Source: an uncultured Gemmatimonadaceae bacterium
Lineage (GTDB): Bacteria > Gemmatimonadota > Gemmatimonadetes > Gemmatimonadales > Gemmatimonadaceae
Assembly (NCBI GenBank): GCA_963751275.1
Contig: CAVVTZ010000009.1
Location: 128,001-192,000, forward strand
DNA: 64,000 bases
Direction of reading: 5' to 3'
Shown here: positions 21,708 to 30,949 of the stretch, piece by piece
Layout: each line of letters begins with the position of its first letter
How positions within the stretch are numbered: position 1 is the first letter of the stretch
The notes under the pieces: model-generated
Databases searched by the model: none
Told to the model about the DNA's origin: nothing
Seen by the model: the letters and a program-made list of their open reading frames with translations, nothing else
Position numbers and translations under genes: made by a program

Positions 21708-23816
21708 ATGAGAGAATTCGGCAGTGCGGAGATCCGCAACGTGGCGGTCGTCGGGCATGGTGCGAGCGGGAAGACCACATTGGTCGACGCGCTCGCTTTC
21801 GTTTCCGGGTCGTCCAAACGGCACGGCTCCATAAAGGAAGGCACCACCCTCACGGACTTCTCCCCCGAAGAGATCGAACGCAAATACTCCATCAACGCCG
21901 GCTGCGCGTACGCCGAGTGGATGGACAGCAAGATCAATCTCATCGACACCCCGGGATACGCCGACTTCATGGGCGACGCGGTGGCCGGACTCGCGGCTGC
22001 CGACGGCGCGCTCGTCGTGGTGAGCGCCACCGCCGGCGTCGAGGTCGGAACCGAGTCGATGTTCCGCGAAGCTGTGGCCCGGAAGGATCCCGTGCTCTTC
22101 GTCGTCTCCCTGCTCGACAAGGAGCACGCGTCCTTCGACATGGCCTACGAGAGCATCAAGGCGCGACTCACGCCCAACGTCATCCCCGTGGAAGTGCCCA
22201 TCGGCGAAGGCGCCGCCTTCCGCGGCGTGCTCAATCTCTTCTCGCGCAAGGCGCACCTCTATAAGAAGGGCACCAAGGCCGGCGAATACGATGAGACGGA
22301 CATCCCCGCCGACCAGCAGGCGATGTTCGACAAGTATTACGAGCAGCTCGTCGAGACGATCGCGAGTACCGACGACGCGATGCTCGAGCGCTACCTCGAA
22401 GGGAAGGAGATCGGCCGCGACGAAGCGATCGCCGCCATGAAAGAAGGGATGAAGCGCGGCGACCTCTTCCCGCTCTTCTGCGTGAGCGCCGAGCAGACCT
22501 TCGGCACGCGCGCGCTGCTCACGAAGATCGTGGAGCTCATGCCGAGCGCGTTCGAGATGGAAGAGCTGCACGCGCTCAAGGGCGCGGAAGGCGACAAGAC
22601 GGTGGAGATCCACGCGAAGGACGACGCGCCCTTCGCGGCGTGGGTCTTCAAGACGCAGTCGGAGCCACACGTCGGCGATGTCTCCTTCTTCCGGATCCTC
22701 TCGGGCTCGGTGGTGAACGGCGCCGAGGTGTTCAACGCAACCCGCAACGGCGTCGAGAAACTCGGCCACATCGCGGTGGCGCAGGGGAAGGACCGCACCG
22801 AGATCAACAAGCTGCACGCCGGCGACATCGGCTGCGTGGCCAAGCTCAAGAACACGCACACGAACGACACGCTCAGCACGAAGGACCATCCGGTGCGCCT
22901 GCCGGCCGTGAAGTTCCCCGAGCCGCTCGTGGAATTCGCGGTGCACGCCTCGGTGCGCAACGACGAAGAGAAACTCCAGGCCGGACTGCACCGGCTGCAC
23001 GACGAGGACCCCACCTTCGAGATGCACTACGATCCCGAGACGCACGAGACGATCGTCACCGGGCTCGGCGAGCGCCATCTCGAAGTGAACATGGCCAAGC
23101 TGCACCGGAAGTTCGGCGTCACCGGCGATCTCACGAAACCGCGCATCGCCTACCGCGAGACGATCCGCGGCAAGGGCGAAGGGCAGGGACGCCACAAGAA
23201 GCAGTCCGGCGGGCGCGGCCAGTTCGGCGACTGCTGGGTGCGCTTCGCGCCACTGCCGCGCGGCGAGGGCTACGTGTTCCAGGATGAGATCGTGGGCGGC
23301 TCGATCCCGAACAAATTCATTCCCGCCGTGGACCGCGGCATCCAGGAAGCCTCGGCGCGCGGGATATTGGCGGGCTATCCACTGGTGGATTTCACCGTCG
23401 AGTGCTTCGACGGCTCATATCACTCGGTGGACTCGAACGAGATGAGCTTCAAGATGGCCGGCATCCTCGCCTTCAAGGCGGTGGCGCCGAAGTGCAAGCC
23501 GGTGCTGCTCGAGCCGCTGGATGAGCTCGAGATCAGCACGCCGGGCGATTGCCTCGGCGACGTGATGGGCGATATCTCGGCGCGTCGCGGGCACATCCTG
23601 GGCTCCGATGCGCTCCCCGACAATCGCGGCACCTTGGTGCGCGCCGTGATCCCGCGGGCCTCGCTGCACCTCTACGCGACCGACCTCAGCAGCATGACCC
23701 ACGGCCGCGCCAGCTTCACCAAGAAATTCCGCGGCTACGAAGAGGCCCCCGGCGACGAGACGCAGAAGATCATCGCCGAGTCCGCCAAGGGAGAGGAGGT
23801 CCTCGCCGAGGCGTGA
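21708..23816 (+). CDS. fusA: Elongation factor G paralogue (EF-G2-like)
   Basis: GHGASGKTT, DTPGYADF, AYRETI, KKQSGGRGQFG, DGSYHSVDS and LLEP. G2 (RKYSI) and G4 (SLLD) are divergent, and the gene is not in an rps-tuf operon. Confidence 0.9.
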   Translation: MREFGSAEIRNVAVVGHGASGKTTLVDALAFVSGSSKRHGSIKEGTTLTDFSPEEIERKYSINAGCAYAEWMDSKINLIDTPGYADFMGDAVAGLAAADGALVVVSATAGVEVGTESMFREAVARKDPVLFVVSLLDKEHASFDMAYESIKARLTPNVIPVEVPIGEGAAFRGVLNLFSRKAHLYKKGTKAGEYDETDIPADQQAMFDKYYEQLVETIASTDDAMLERYLEGKEIGRDEAIAAMKEGMKRGDLFPLFCVSAEQTFGTRALLTKIVELMPSAFEMEELHALKGAEGDKTVEIHAKDDAPFAAWVFKTQSEPHVGDVSFFRILSGSVVNGAEVFNATRNGVEKLGHIAVAQGKDRTEINKLHAGDIGCVAKLKNTHTNDTLSTKDHPVRLPAVKFPEPLVEFAVHASVRNDEEKLQAGLHRLHDEDPTFEMHYDPETHETIVTGLGERHLEVNMAKLHRKFGVTGDLTKPRIAYRETIRGKGEGQGRHKKQSGGRGQFGDCWVRFAPLPRGEGYVFQDEIVGGSIPNKFIPAVDRGIQEASARGILAGYPLVDFTVECFDGSYHSVDSNEMSFKMAGILAFKAVAPKCKPVLLEPLDELEISTPGDCLGDVMGDISARRGHILGSDALPDNRGTLVRAVIPRASLHLYATDLSSMTHGRASFTKKFRGYEEAPGDETQKIIAESAKGEEVLAEA

Positions 23817-23846
23817 TCGTTCGTTGCGCCGGGGCGGGGAGTACTA

Positions 23847-24050
23847 CAACTGCTTGCACGCGGATCGCGCGGATTGCGCGGATCACGCGGTTTGCTCCAT
23901 GCACGATGAAGGCTTCTTGCCGGTGATCCAGCGGTTGTTTTTGTTGTTAACAACAGAAACGAATGCTGAACTACATCCGGGGAGCCTTCATCGCACAATG
24001 AGCATTCCGCGCGATCCGCGGATTCCGCGTCATCCGCGTGCAAGCAGTTG
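23847..24050. repeat. 204-bp fold-back palindrome with (NNCGCGGAT) nonamer stems and CAACTGC/GCAGTTG ends
   Basis: Outer arms pair over about 70 bp. The inner GTTTTTGTTGTT/AACAACAGAAAC shares the same symmetry axis (23948/23949). Confidence 0.9.
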
Positions 24051-24139
24051 CTGTTCAAGCACTCGCCGGCCTCATGCGGCCCCTCCGCGCGCGTGATACG
24101 TTTGGTGCTTCGATTCCACAACAATTCTCGAGGACACTG

Positions 24140-25678
24140 ATGATCTCTGCTCTTGTCATGCGCCGCGCGTTTGTCGGGATCCTGGTCTTCGCACCGGCGC
24201 TCTACTCGCAATCCCCGGCGAAGACGAAGGCCGCCGACCCGCTGGCGGGGTTCGATGCGTACGTCGCGAAGGGGATGAAGGATTGGGACGTGCCCGGGAT
24301 GGAGATCGCGGTCGTGAAGGACGACTCGGTCACCTTCATCAAGGGCTACGGCGTGAAGACCGTGGGCGGGCACGATTCGGTGAACATCCACACCCTTTTC
24401 GCGAACGCGTCCACCACGAAGGCCTTCGGGTCGTACGTGACGATGCTCATGGTGGACAGCGGCAAGCTCTCGCTGGAGTCCCGCGTCGCCGACCGGATGC
24501 CGCAGTTGCAGCTCATGTCCCCCTATGTGACATCCGAACTCACCGAGCGCGATCTGCTCACGCACCGCACCGGCCTCCCCGAGGCGGGCTACCTCTGGTA
24601 CGGCACCAGCTACGACTTCAACGAGATCGCGAAGAAGCTGCGCCTCGTGAAGCCCACGTACTCCTTCCGCGAACACTTCCAGTACCAGAACGAGACGTAC
24701 GCGGCCGGCGTGTTCATCGCGGCCGACGCCGCCAAGGAGAACTGGGAGGCGATGTACAAGCGGGACATCTTCACGCCCCTCGGCATGAACGAGACCGTCA
24801 CCAACACCGCGGCCGCGGCCGCCAGCAGGAACGTGGCGACGCCGCACTTCCTGATCGACGACACGGTACGCGCCATCGACCGGTATCCGACGGACAACAT
24901 CGGCCCCGCGGGCGCGATGTACTCGTCGGTGTATGACATGGCCAAATGGCTGCGCTTCTTGCTCGACAGCACGCGCATCGGCGGCAAGCGCATGCTCAGC
25001 GCCGCGAATTTCGCCGAGTTGTGGAAGCTGCAGCAGATCGTTGGCCCCGATGAGTTCTATCCCACCGCGCGGCTCACGCACCCGAACTACACCGCGTACG
25101 GGCTCGGCTGGTTCCTTGAGGATTACCGGGGCGAGGCCGTGGTCTTCCACACCGGCAGCATCGATGGCTTCGTCGCGATCGTCGGGCTGATCCCGAGCCG
25201 CAAGCTCGGCGTGGTGATCTTCGAGAACCTCGATCACGCCGAACTGCGCCACGCGCTCATGTACACCGTGTTCGACCGTTACATGGGCGGCGGGACGCAC
25301 GACTGGAGCGCCGAGCTGAAGAAGATGTACGACGCCGCGCGGGCGCAGCGCGCGCAGGCGGTGGCGGCCGAGGCGAAGAAGCGCGTGATGGGCACCAAGC
25401 CATCATTGCCCCTCGAGGCCTACGCCGGCGTCTACAAGGATCCGCTCTACGGCACCACCACCATCAAGATGAAGGATGGCAAGTTGTGGGTGGATGATCC
25501 GTTCGCGACCGCGACCGTGGAGCACTGGAACTACGACACGTTCGAGTTCAAGTACAGCAAGCGCTGGTTCGGGACACAACTGGTCACGTTCCAGATCGGC
25601 ACCGATGGGAAGGTCTCTGGGATCGATCTCGGTGATGGCGTGGTCATCGCGCGCGTGGCGGATCCCGCGAGTAAGTAG
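24140..25678 (+). CDS. Serine hydrolase, beta-lactamase/AmpC family with DUF3471-like C-terminal domain, secreted
   Basis: ASTTK (SxxK), LLTHRTG, YQN and HTG motifs; N-terminal signal peptide; RBS gagga. Confidence 0.88.
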   Translation: MISALVMRRAFVGILVFAPALYSQSPAKTKAADPLAGFDAYVAKGMKDWDVPGMEIAVVKDDSVTFIKGYGVKTVGGHDSVNIHTLFANASTTKAFGSYVTMLMVDSGKLSLESRVADRMPQLQLMSPYVTSELTERDLLTHRTGLPEAGYLWYGTSYDFNEIAKKLRLVKPTYSFREHFQYQNETYAAGVFIAADAAKENWEAMYKRDIFTPLGMNETVTNTAAAAASRNVATPHFLIDDTVRAIDRYPTDNIGPAGAMYSSVYDMAKWLRFLLDSTRIGGKRMLSAANFAELWKLQQIVGPDEFYPTARLTHPNYTAYGLGWFLEDYRGEAVVFHTGSIDGFVAIVGLIPSRKLGVVIFENLDHAELRHALMYTVFDRYMGGGTHDWSAELKKMYDAARAQRAQAVAAEAKKRVMGTKPSLPLEAYAGVYKDPLYGTTTIKMKDGKLWVDDPFATATVEHWNYDTFEFKYSKRWFGTQLVTFQIGTDGKVSGIDLGDGVVIARVADPASK

Positions 25679-25692
25679 GGAGTGGGAAGGGC

Positions 25693-25908
25693 AACTGCAT
25701 TGGACAGGATGAACATGATGGTCATGATGAACCGCAACGACGACCAACAGCGGTTGATGTTGTAACTGCGCGTGTAGTTCACAACAGCAGTGGGGTGTTG
25801 TTGGCCGTTGCCGTTCATCATGACCATCATGTTCATCCTGTCAAATGCAGTTCACCACGAACTACTTTGACATGATGACGGGATAGCGGCAGGATGATCA
25901 GGATGACT
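25693..25908. repeat. Fold-back palindrome of the GACAGGAT-GAACATGAT nonamer family plus a degenerate extra half-copy
   Basis: 25693-25852 is self-complementary (AACTGCATT.GACAGGATGAACATGATGGTCATGATGAAC arms). A partial arm follows at 25859-25908. Lies between convergent genes. Confidence 0.88.
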
Positions 25909-25910
25909 AC

Positions 25911-26531
25911 CTAACGATGCTTTCTCAACCGTTTGAGGCGGACGTGCTCTTCGCGCTCACGCTCATCGAGCGTCGAGCGCACCCATGAGATCCGCGAACG
26001 AAGCGATGGCTCGATGCGCTGCTCGAGCGTTCGGAGCTGGCGCGTGGATCGCGCTACCGCGTCGCCGAGGCGCTGGATCTGCTGCTCGCGGGCTGCGGCG
26101 CTGATCAGGAGATCCACCAGCGTCTCGAATTCCTCGGCGGCGGCCGACACCGCACCGGCGCCGGCGGTGAATCCGCGCGATTCCGGCGTGCGCTTCACGG
26201 GGCCGCGCTCCACGATCTCGGCTACCGGGATCCCCCACACGAACGCCGGACGCACGCTCAGCTGCACGGTGCGCGACGGCCATCCGAAGGCGCGCGTGCC
26301 CAATGATCCGTGGGTCGCGAGCGCTTCCAACAGCGCCGGATACGCATTGCCCGCCTGCTTCGCGATCTCGGCGCGCGCGCCCATCGCGGGACGCGCCAGC
26401 TTGAACAATTCGCCCACCAGCGCTTCGCGCTTCCGCCGCACCAATTCGGCGCCCTTCTCCACCTGCGCGAGCTGCTTGCGCGAGCGGAGCAGGTTCACGC
26501 GCGTCGGCGCGATGTGCTCGCGGTCGCTCAC
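25911..26531 (-). CDS. ntpD: V/A-type ATP synthase subunit D
   Basis: APTRVNLL, LVRRKREAL, LRTLEQ and LDEREREE..RLK; GTG overlaps the subunit B stop. Confidence 0.9.
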   Translation of the reverse strand: MSDREHIAPTRVNLLRSRKQLAQVEKGAELVRRKREALVGELFKLARPAMGARAEIAKQAGNAYPALLEALATHGSLGTRAFGWPSRTVQLSVRPAFVWGIPVAEIVERGPVKRTPESRGFTAGAGAVSAAAEEFETLVDLLISAAAREQQIQRLGDAVARSTRQLRTLEQRIEPSLRSRISWVRSTLDEREREEHVRLKRLRKHR

Positions 26532-27961
26532 CCGCCCCTCGCCTTCACCACCGCGTCGCGCGCGGCCCAGCTCTTCGCGCTCAAGCGGTGCAGCTCGGAG
26601 CGCGGTACGGTCTCGAGCAACTTCCATCCCACTTCGAAGGTCTCGGCGATCGTGCGCCGCGTGCCGCCCTGGTTCACGAATTCCTTCTCGAACTGGTCGG
26701 CGAAGTCGAGCGCGCGCCGCTCCTCCTCGGGCAACCCGGTCGCGCCGAGGATCGCGCTCATCACGCGCGCCTCGCGGCCGCGTGCGTACACGGCGTACAG
26801 CTGGTCGCTCCATTCGCGGTGCTCGGGACTCGTCTTCCCGGCGCCGATCCCCGCGCTCATCAATCGCGACAGACTCGGCAGCACATCGATCGGCGGCTCC
26901 ACGCCGCGGCGGTGCAGCTCGCGGCTCAGCACGATCTGCCCCTCGGTGATGTAGCCCGTGAGGTCGGGGATCGGATGCGTGATGTCGTCGTCCGGCATCG
27001 TGACGATCGGGATCTGCGTGATCGAACCGGCCTTCCCTTCGATCACCCCCGCGCGCTCGTAGATGCTCGCGAGGTCGGTGTACATGTAACCCGGGAACCC
27101 GCGTCGGCCGGGGATCTCGTCGCGCGCCGTCGCGATCTCGCGCAGGGCCTCGCAGTAATGCGTCATGTCGGCGATCACGACGAGCACGTGCATGCCGAGG
27201 TCGAACGCGAGGTACTCGGCGGCGGTGAGACCGAGACGGGGGGCGAGCAGGCGCTCGACTGCGGGGTGGCCGGCCTCGTTCAAATACAAGACAGTGCGCT
27301 CCATCGCTTCGCTGTGCTGGAAGCGGTCGAGGAAGGCGGCGGTCTCGCGTGCGGTGATGCCGACGCCGACAAATACGACTGCGAAGTCCACTGCAGGCTG
27401 GGGGCTGTCGGCTGTCGGTGCCTGCGCTGAGGGGCGAGTGGGGACGCGGGCGTGCTCAACGATCTCGGCGGCGATCTCGAGACCCGGGAGACCGGGTCCC
27501 GAGAAGACGGGGAGTTTCTGGCCCCGTACCAACGTGTTCATCGCATCGATCGCGGAGAATCCCGTCTCGATGAAATCGCCGGGACGGGCGCGGCGCACGG
27601 GGTTCATCGGCGAGCCACCGATCGGACGGATCGCTTCGCCGATCGGGGCGGGGAGGCCGTCAACCGGCACGCCCAATCCCGAGAAGGCGCGGCCGAGGAG
27701 GTCGCGGCCGACCACGGTGGTCGCGACTTCGCCGGAGAGAATGAGATCGCTCCTGCCGGGTGCGAGGCCGATCGTGTCGCCGAGTACTTGTACGACGGTG
27801 ACCGTCTGGCTCACTTCGAGCACCTGGCCGCGGCGGTCGGGCTGGCCTTCGCTGCGGATCGTGACCCATTCGCCGAGCGCGCCGTGGCGCGCGCCTTCGA
27901 GGAAGAGGAGCGGGCCGGCAGCCGCGTGCGCGCCGTGATAGGTGCGGGAGACGGTGCTCAT
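26528..27961 (-). CDS. ntpB: V/A-type ATP synthase subunit B
   Basis: NTLVRGQKLPVFSG, PGRRGFPGYMYTDL, DDITHPIPDLTGYITEGQI and LPSLSRLM. Confidence 0.96.
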   Translation of the reverse strand: MSTVSRTYHGAHAAAGPLLFLEGARHGALGEWVTIRSEGQPDRRGQVLEVSQTVTVVQVLGDTIGLAPGRSDLILSGEVATTVVGRDLLGRAFSGLGVPVDGLPAPIGEAIRPIGGSPMNPVRRARPGDFIETGFSAIDAMNTLVRGQKLPVFSGPGLPGLEIAAEIVEHARVPTRPSAQAPTADSPQPAVDFAVVFVGVGITARETAAFLDRFQHSEAMERTVLYLNEAGHPAVERLLAPRLGLTAAEYLAFDLGMHVLVVIADMTHYCEALREIATARDEIPGRRGFPGYMYTDLASIYERAGVIEGKAGSITQIPIVTMPDDDITHPIPDLTGYITEGQIVLSRELHRRGVEPPIDVLPSLSRLMSAGIGAGKTSPEHREWSDQLYAVYARGREARVMSAILGATGLPEEERRALDFADQFEKEFVNQGGTRRTIAETFEVGWKLLETVPRSELHRLSAKSWAARDAVVKARGG

Positions 27962-29697
27962 GTAAGCTCCTTCGCGGCCTTCATCGCGAGTTCCTTCGCG
28001 GCGGCGAATTCATTCTCTGGCGCGTCGCGCAGCGCCGCGAGCGCGTTCTCGGCGCGCGCGATGTCGAGCTTCGCCATCGGCGTGCCGGCGGCGAGCGCGG
28101 TCTCGCCCGCGCGCAGCAGCTCGCGCGCCACCGAGGCGAGTGCGTACGTGCGCTGCGGCGTGCTTGCGCAGTCCACGGCGTGGTAAGCGTTCTGCCGGAG
28201 GATCACTTCACGCACCACGCCGGCCACGGCGAGCGTGAGCCGGTCCTTGTCCTCGAGCGCCTCCGGGCCGACGAGCGCGGCAATGTCGCGCAGTTCACGC
28301 TCGCGCTGGAGGAGCGCCATGAGATCGCGGCGCAGATCGTTCCAGTCGGCGCCTACATTCTTTGCGAACCAGGGCGCGAGCGCGTTCGCCTGCAGCGAGT
28401 AGCTCGTCTCCCAATCCACGGCGGGGAAGTGCCGCTGGTGCGCGAGTGCGGGATCGAGCGCCCACAGGGCGCCCGTCACGCGCAGCGCGGCTTGCGTCAC
28501 CGGCTCGGAGAAATCGCCGCCCGGCGGCGAGATCGCACCGATGATCGTCACCGCGCCGTCGCGCGCGGGTGAGCCGGCCGCGCGTACGCGCCCGGCGCGC
28601 TCGAAGAACGCGCCGAGCCGCGACGCGAGCGACGTGGGATACCCTTCTTCGCCCGGCATCTCCTGCATGCGCGCCGCGAGTTCGCGCAGCGCCTCGGCCC
28701 AGCGGCTCGCGCTGTCCACCATGAGCGCCACGCGGTAGCCCATGTCGCGGAAATACTCGGCCACCGTCGCGCCGAGATAGATCGACGTCTCGCGCGCCGC
28801 GACCGGCATGTTGCTCGTGTTGACGATGAGCACCGCGCGGTCCATCACCGGCCGGCCGGTGCGCGTGTCGATCAGCTTCGGGAATTCGGTGAGCACTTCG
28901 GTCATCTCGTTGCCGCGCTCGCCGCAGCCGACGTACACCACGATGTCGGCGTCGGCGTACTTCGCGAGCGACTGCTCGATGATGGTCTTGCCGGTGCCGA
29001 AGCCGCCGGGGACGGCGGCGCTGCCGCCTTCGGCGAGGGGGAAGAGGAGGTCGAAGATCCTTTGACCCGTGAGGAACGGACGACTGCTGGCTGTCGGCTG
29101 TCGGCTGTCGCCTGCCGGGCGCGGGATCCTAACCGGCCACGCGTGGGCGAGTCTCAGAATTGTGCCGTCGACCAGCGTGCCGATCGGGTCCACGACACTG
29201 AATGCACCGGAGTTCAACTCCTTGATCGTTCCCTTCACGCCGGGCGGGACCATCACGTGGTGTTTGAGGCCCGGTTTCTCATCAATCGTGCCGAGCACAT
29301 CGCCGCCGGTCACTTCGGCGCCGGCTTTCAATGTGGGCGTGAACTGCCACTTCTTCTCCGGGTCCAGCGTCGGGGCGGTCGCGCCGGCGGCGATGAAGTC
29401 GCCGAACTGCGCAGCGACACGGGCGAGCGGGCGTCCGACGCCGTCGAGCACGGCGCCGAGCAGGCCGGGGCCGAGTGTTACGGCGAGCGTGCCGCCTTCG
29501 GTCTCCACCGGCTCGCCGAGGGTGAGGCCGTTCGTGTCCTCGTACACTTGGAGCGTGCCCACATCGCCGGTCACGCGCACCACTTCGGCCATGAGCTTCC
29601 GCGAGCCTACGTGCGCGAGCTCGTAGAGCGACGCGTCCGGGAGCGGCGCCGCTTCCACGAGCGCGCCGGCGACGCGCGTGATGCGCGCCGCGCTCAT
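27958..29697 (-). CDS. ntpA: V/A-type ATP synthase catalytic subunit A
   Basis: QVYEDT, P-loop GGFGTGKT, GCGERGNE, NTSNMPVAARE, EMPGEEGYP and SPPGGDFSEPVTQ. Confidence 0.97.
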   Translation of the reverse strand: MSAARITRVAGALVEAAPLPDASLYELAHVGSRKLMAEVVRVTGDVGTLQVYEDTNGLTLGEPVETEGGTLAVTLGPGLLGAVLDGVGRPLARVAAQFGDFIAAGATAPTLDPEKKWQFTPTLKAGAEVTGGDVLGTIDEKPGLKHHVMVPPGVKGTIKELNSGAFSVVDPIGTLVDGTILRLAHAWPVRIPRPAGDSRQPTASSRPFLTGQRIFDLLFPLAEGGSAAVPGGFGTGKTIIEQSLAKYADADIVVYVGCGERGNEMTEVLTEFPKLIDTRTGRPVMDRAVLIVNTSNMPVAARETSIYLGATVAEYFRDMGYRVALMVDSASRWAEALRELAARMQEMPGEEGYPTSLASRLGAFFERAGRVRAAGSPARDGAVTIIGAISPPGGDFSEPVTQAALRVTGALWALDPALAHQRHFPAVDWETSYSLQANALAPWFAKNVGADWNDLRRDLMALLQRERELRDIAALVGPEALEDKDRLTLAVAGVVREVILRQNAYHAVDCASTPQRTYALASVARELLRAGETALAAGTPMAKLDIARAENALAALRDAPENEFAAAKELAMKAAKELT

Positions 29698-30026
29698 TGC
29701 AGCCTCACGCGGTAGCCGATCGCGCGCTGCAGCAGCGCGAGGATGTATTCGGCGGGCTCCGCCGGCGCCGCGTCCCAGAGCGGTGCGGGGAAGGGCACGA
29801 CGATCGGCACCGCGCGCTTCGCGATCTCGAGGCGGTCCTCGTCGGAGAGCAGGCGCATCAGTGTGTCTTCCACCAGCAACAGCGCGGTGCCGGCCGCGCG
29901 CGCGAGCGTCGCGATGCGCGCCCCCGCCGCGCCGTCGGCCACGAGCTCTGTGACCGGAAGACCGGCGAGCGCGAAGCCCGAGGCGATGCCCGGCCGCGCG
30001 ACGACCTTCACATCGCCCGTCATCAT
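29694..30026 (-). CDS. ntpF: V/A-type ATP synthase subunit F
   Basis: C-terminal part of ORF 29694..30716 from MMTGD: GFALAG, PIVVPFP and RAIGY. Size and operon position fit. Confidence 0.85.
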   Translation of the reverse strand: MMTGDVKVVARPGIASGFALAGLPVTELVADGAAGARIATLARAAGTALLLVEDTLMRLLSDEDRLEIAKRAVPIVVPFPAPLWDAAPAEPAEYILALLQRAIGYRVRLQ

Positions 30027-30949
30027 GGCGAGATCACTCCGCCCGCGAGCACCGTGCGGGGCGCGTCGAGCGACACGCCCCACGCGATGCGCGTGAGATC
30101 GCGCAGCTCGGCGCGCAGCCGCGCGAGGAAGTAGAGCACGGGCCCGAGTCCCAGCGGCTCGCGGCGCGCGTTGGCGCGCTGCGCCTTGAGCAGCGTCTGC
30201 AGCGAGGCGCGCTCGATCGCGTCGGCGGTGGGAACGCCCTTGGCGATCGCGCGGGAGAGCGGCGTGCCGGGCATCTCCGCGCGCAGCGGCGCGAGCTCCT
30301 TCTCCGGATCGGCCGCGAGCAGCGCGGTGAAGGCCCGCTGCGAGAGCGACGAGATCTTGATGAGATCCTTGAGCGCGCGGTCGCCCTTCTTCGCGGCGGC
30401 CGCCTCGCGCTCCGCGTAGGCAGCATCGAGCGCGCGCTCCAGCACGTAGAGATCCGGCTGTTCGCGCCGCGCTTCGGTGAGGATCGCGCCGGCAAGCGGA
30501 TGTTCCCATGCCGCGAGGAGCGCCGCGACGGCCGCGGGCGTCGGCTGACGGCAGAGTTCGTCCAGCGCCTGATCGCCGAGCGATGGCGTGGCGATGAGCC
30601 CCGCGCGCCGCTCTTCGGGCGCCGTGCCGGCCGCCGCGCCGCGCAGCGCCGCACGAATGGAGCGATGATCCTCGGCGTCGAACACGGGCACGAGCGCGTC
30701 CACGCGGTCGCCGCACCAGCGCATCAGGATCGCCAGGCGCGACTGCGCCTCGCGCCGCGTCGCGAGCTCAATGCCCAGCGGCGACGGCGGATCCCCCGCC
30801 GCGATCTCCGGCGCCGCGCGCGCGAGCGCGTCAGCGAGCGCGCGTACGTCGTGGGCGCCGGCGAGATCGCGCAGCCGCGCACCACCCAGCAGCCGCGTGC
30901 TCAACCCGCGCGCCCGTGCGCTCACATCGCCCCACCCGGTGCTCGTCAT
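30023..30949 (-). CDS. ntpC: V/A-type ATP synthase subunit C (AC39/d family)
   Basis: ARARGLSTRLL N-terminus, LERALDAAY and ELRDLTRIAWG; operon position. Confidence 0.82.
   Translation of the reverse strand: MTSTGWGDVSARARGLSTRLLGGARLRDLAGAHDVRALADALARAAPEIAAGDPPSPLGIELATRREAQSRLAILMRWCGDRVDALVPVFDAEDHRSIRAALRGAAAGTAPEERRAGLIATPSLGDQALDELCRQPTPAAVAALLAAWEHPLAGAILTEARREQPDLYVLERALDAAYAEREAAAAKKGDRALKDLIKISSLSQRAFTALLAADPEKELAPLRAEMPGTPLSRAIAKGVPTADAIERASLQTLLKAQRANARREPLGLGPVLYFLARLRAELRDLTRIAWGVSLDAPRTVLAGGVISP

Noticed and set aside
23824..24096. Short ORFs over the palindromes (23824..24096, 25531..25836, 16450..16647, 34145..34381)
   Set aside because: Their periodic peptides (ADRADCAD, MNMMVMM) are by-products of the nonamer arrays; there is no independent coding evidence.
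24140..25678. Calling the serine hydrolase an antibiotic-resistance beta-lactamase
   Set aside because: The motifs show only family membership; HTG plus a DUF3471-like tail is typical of peptidase/esterase members.
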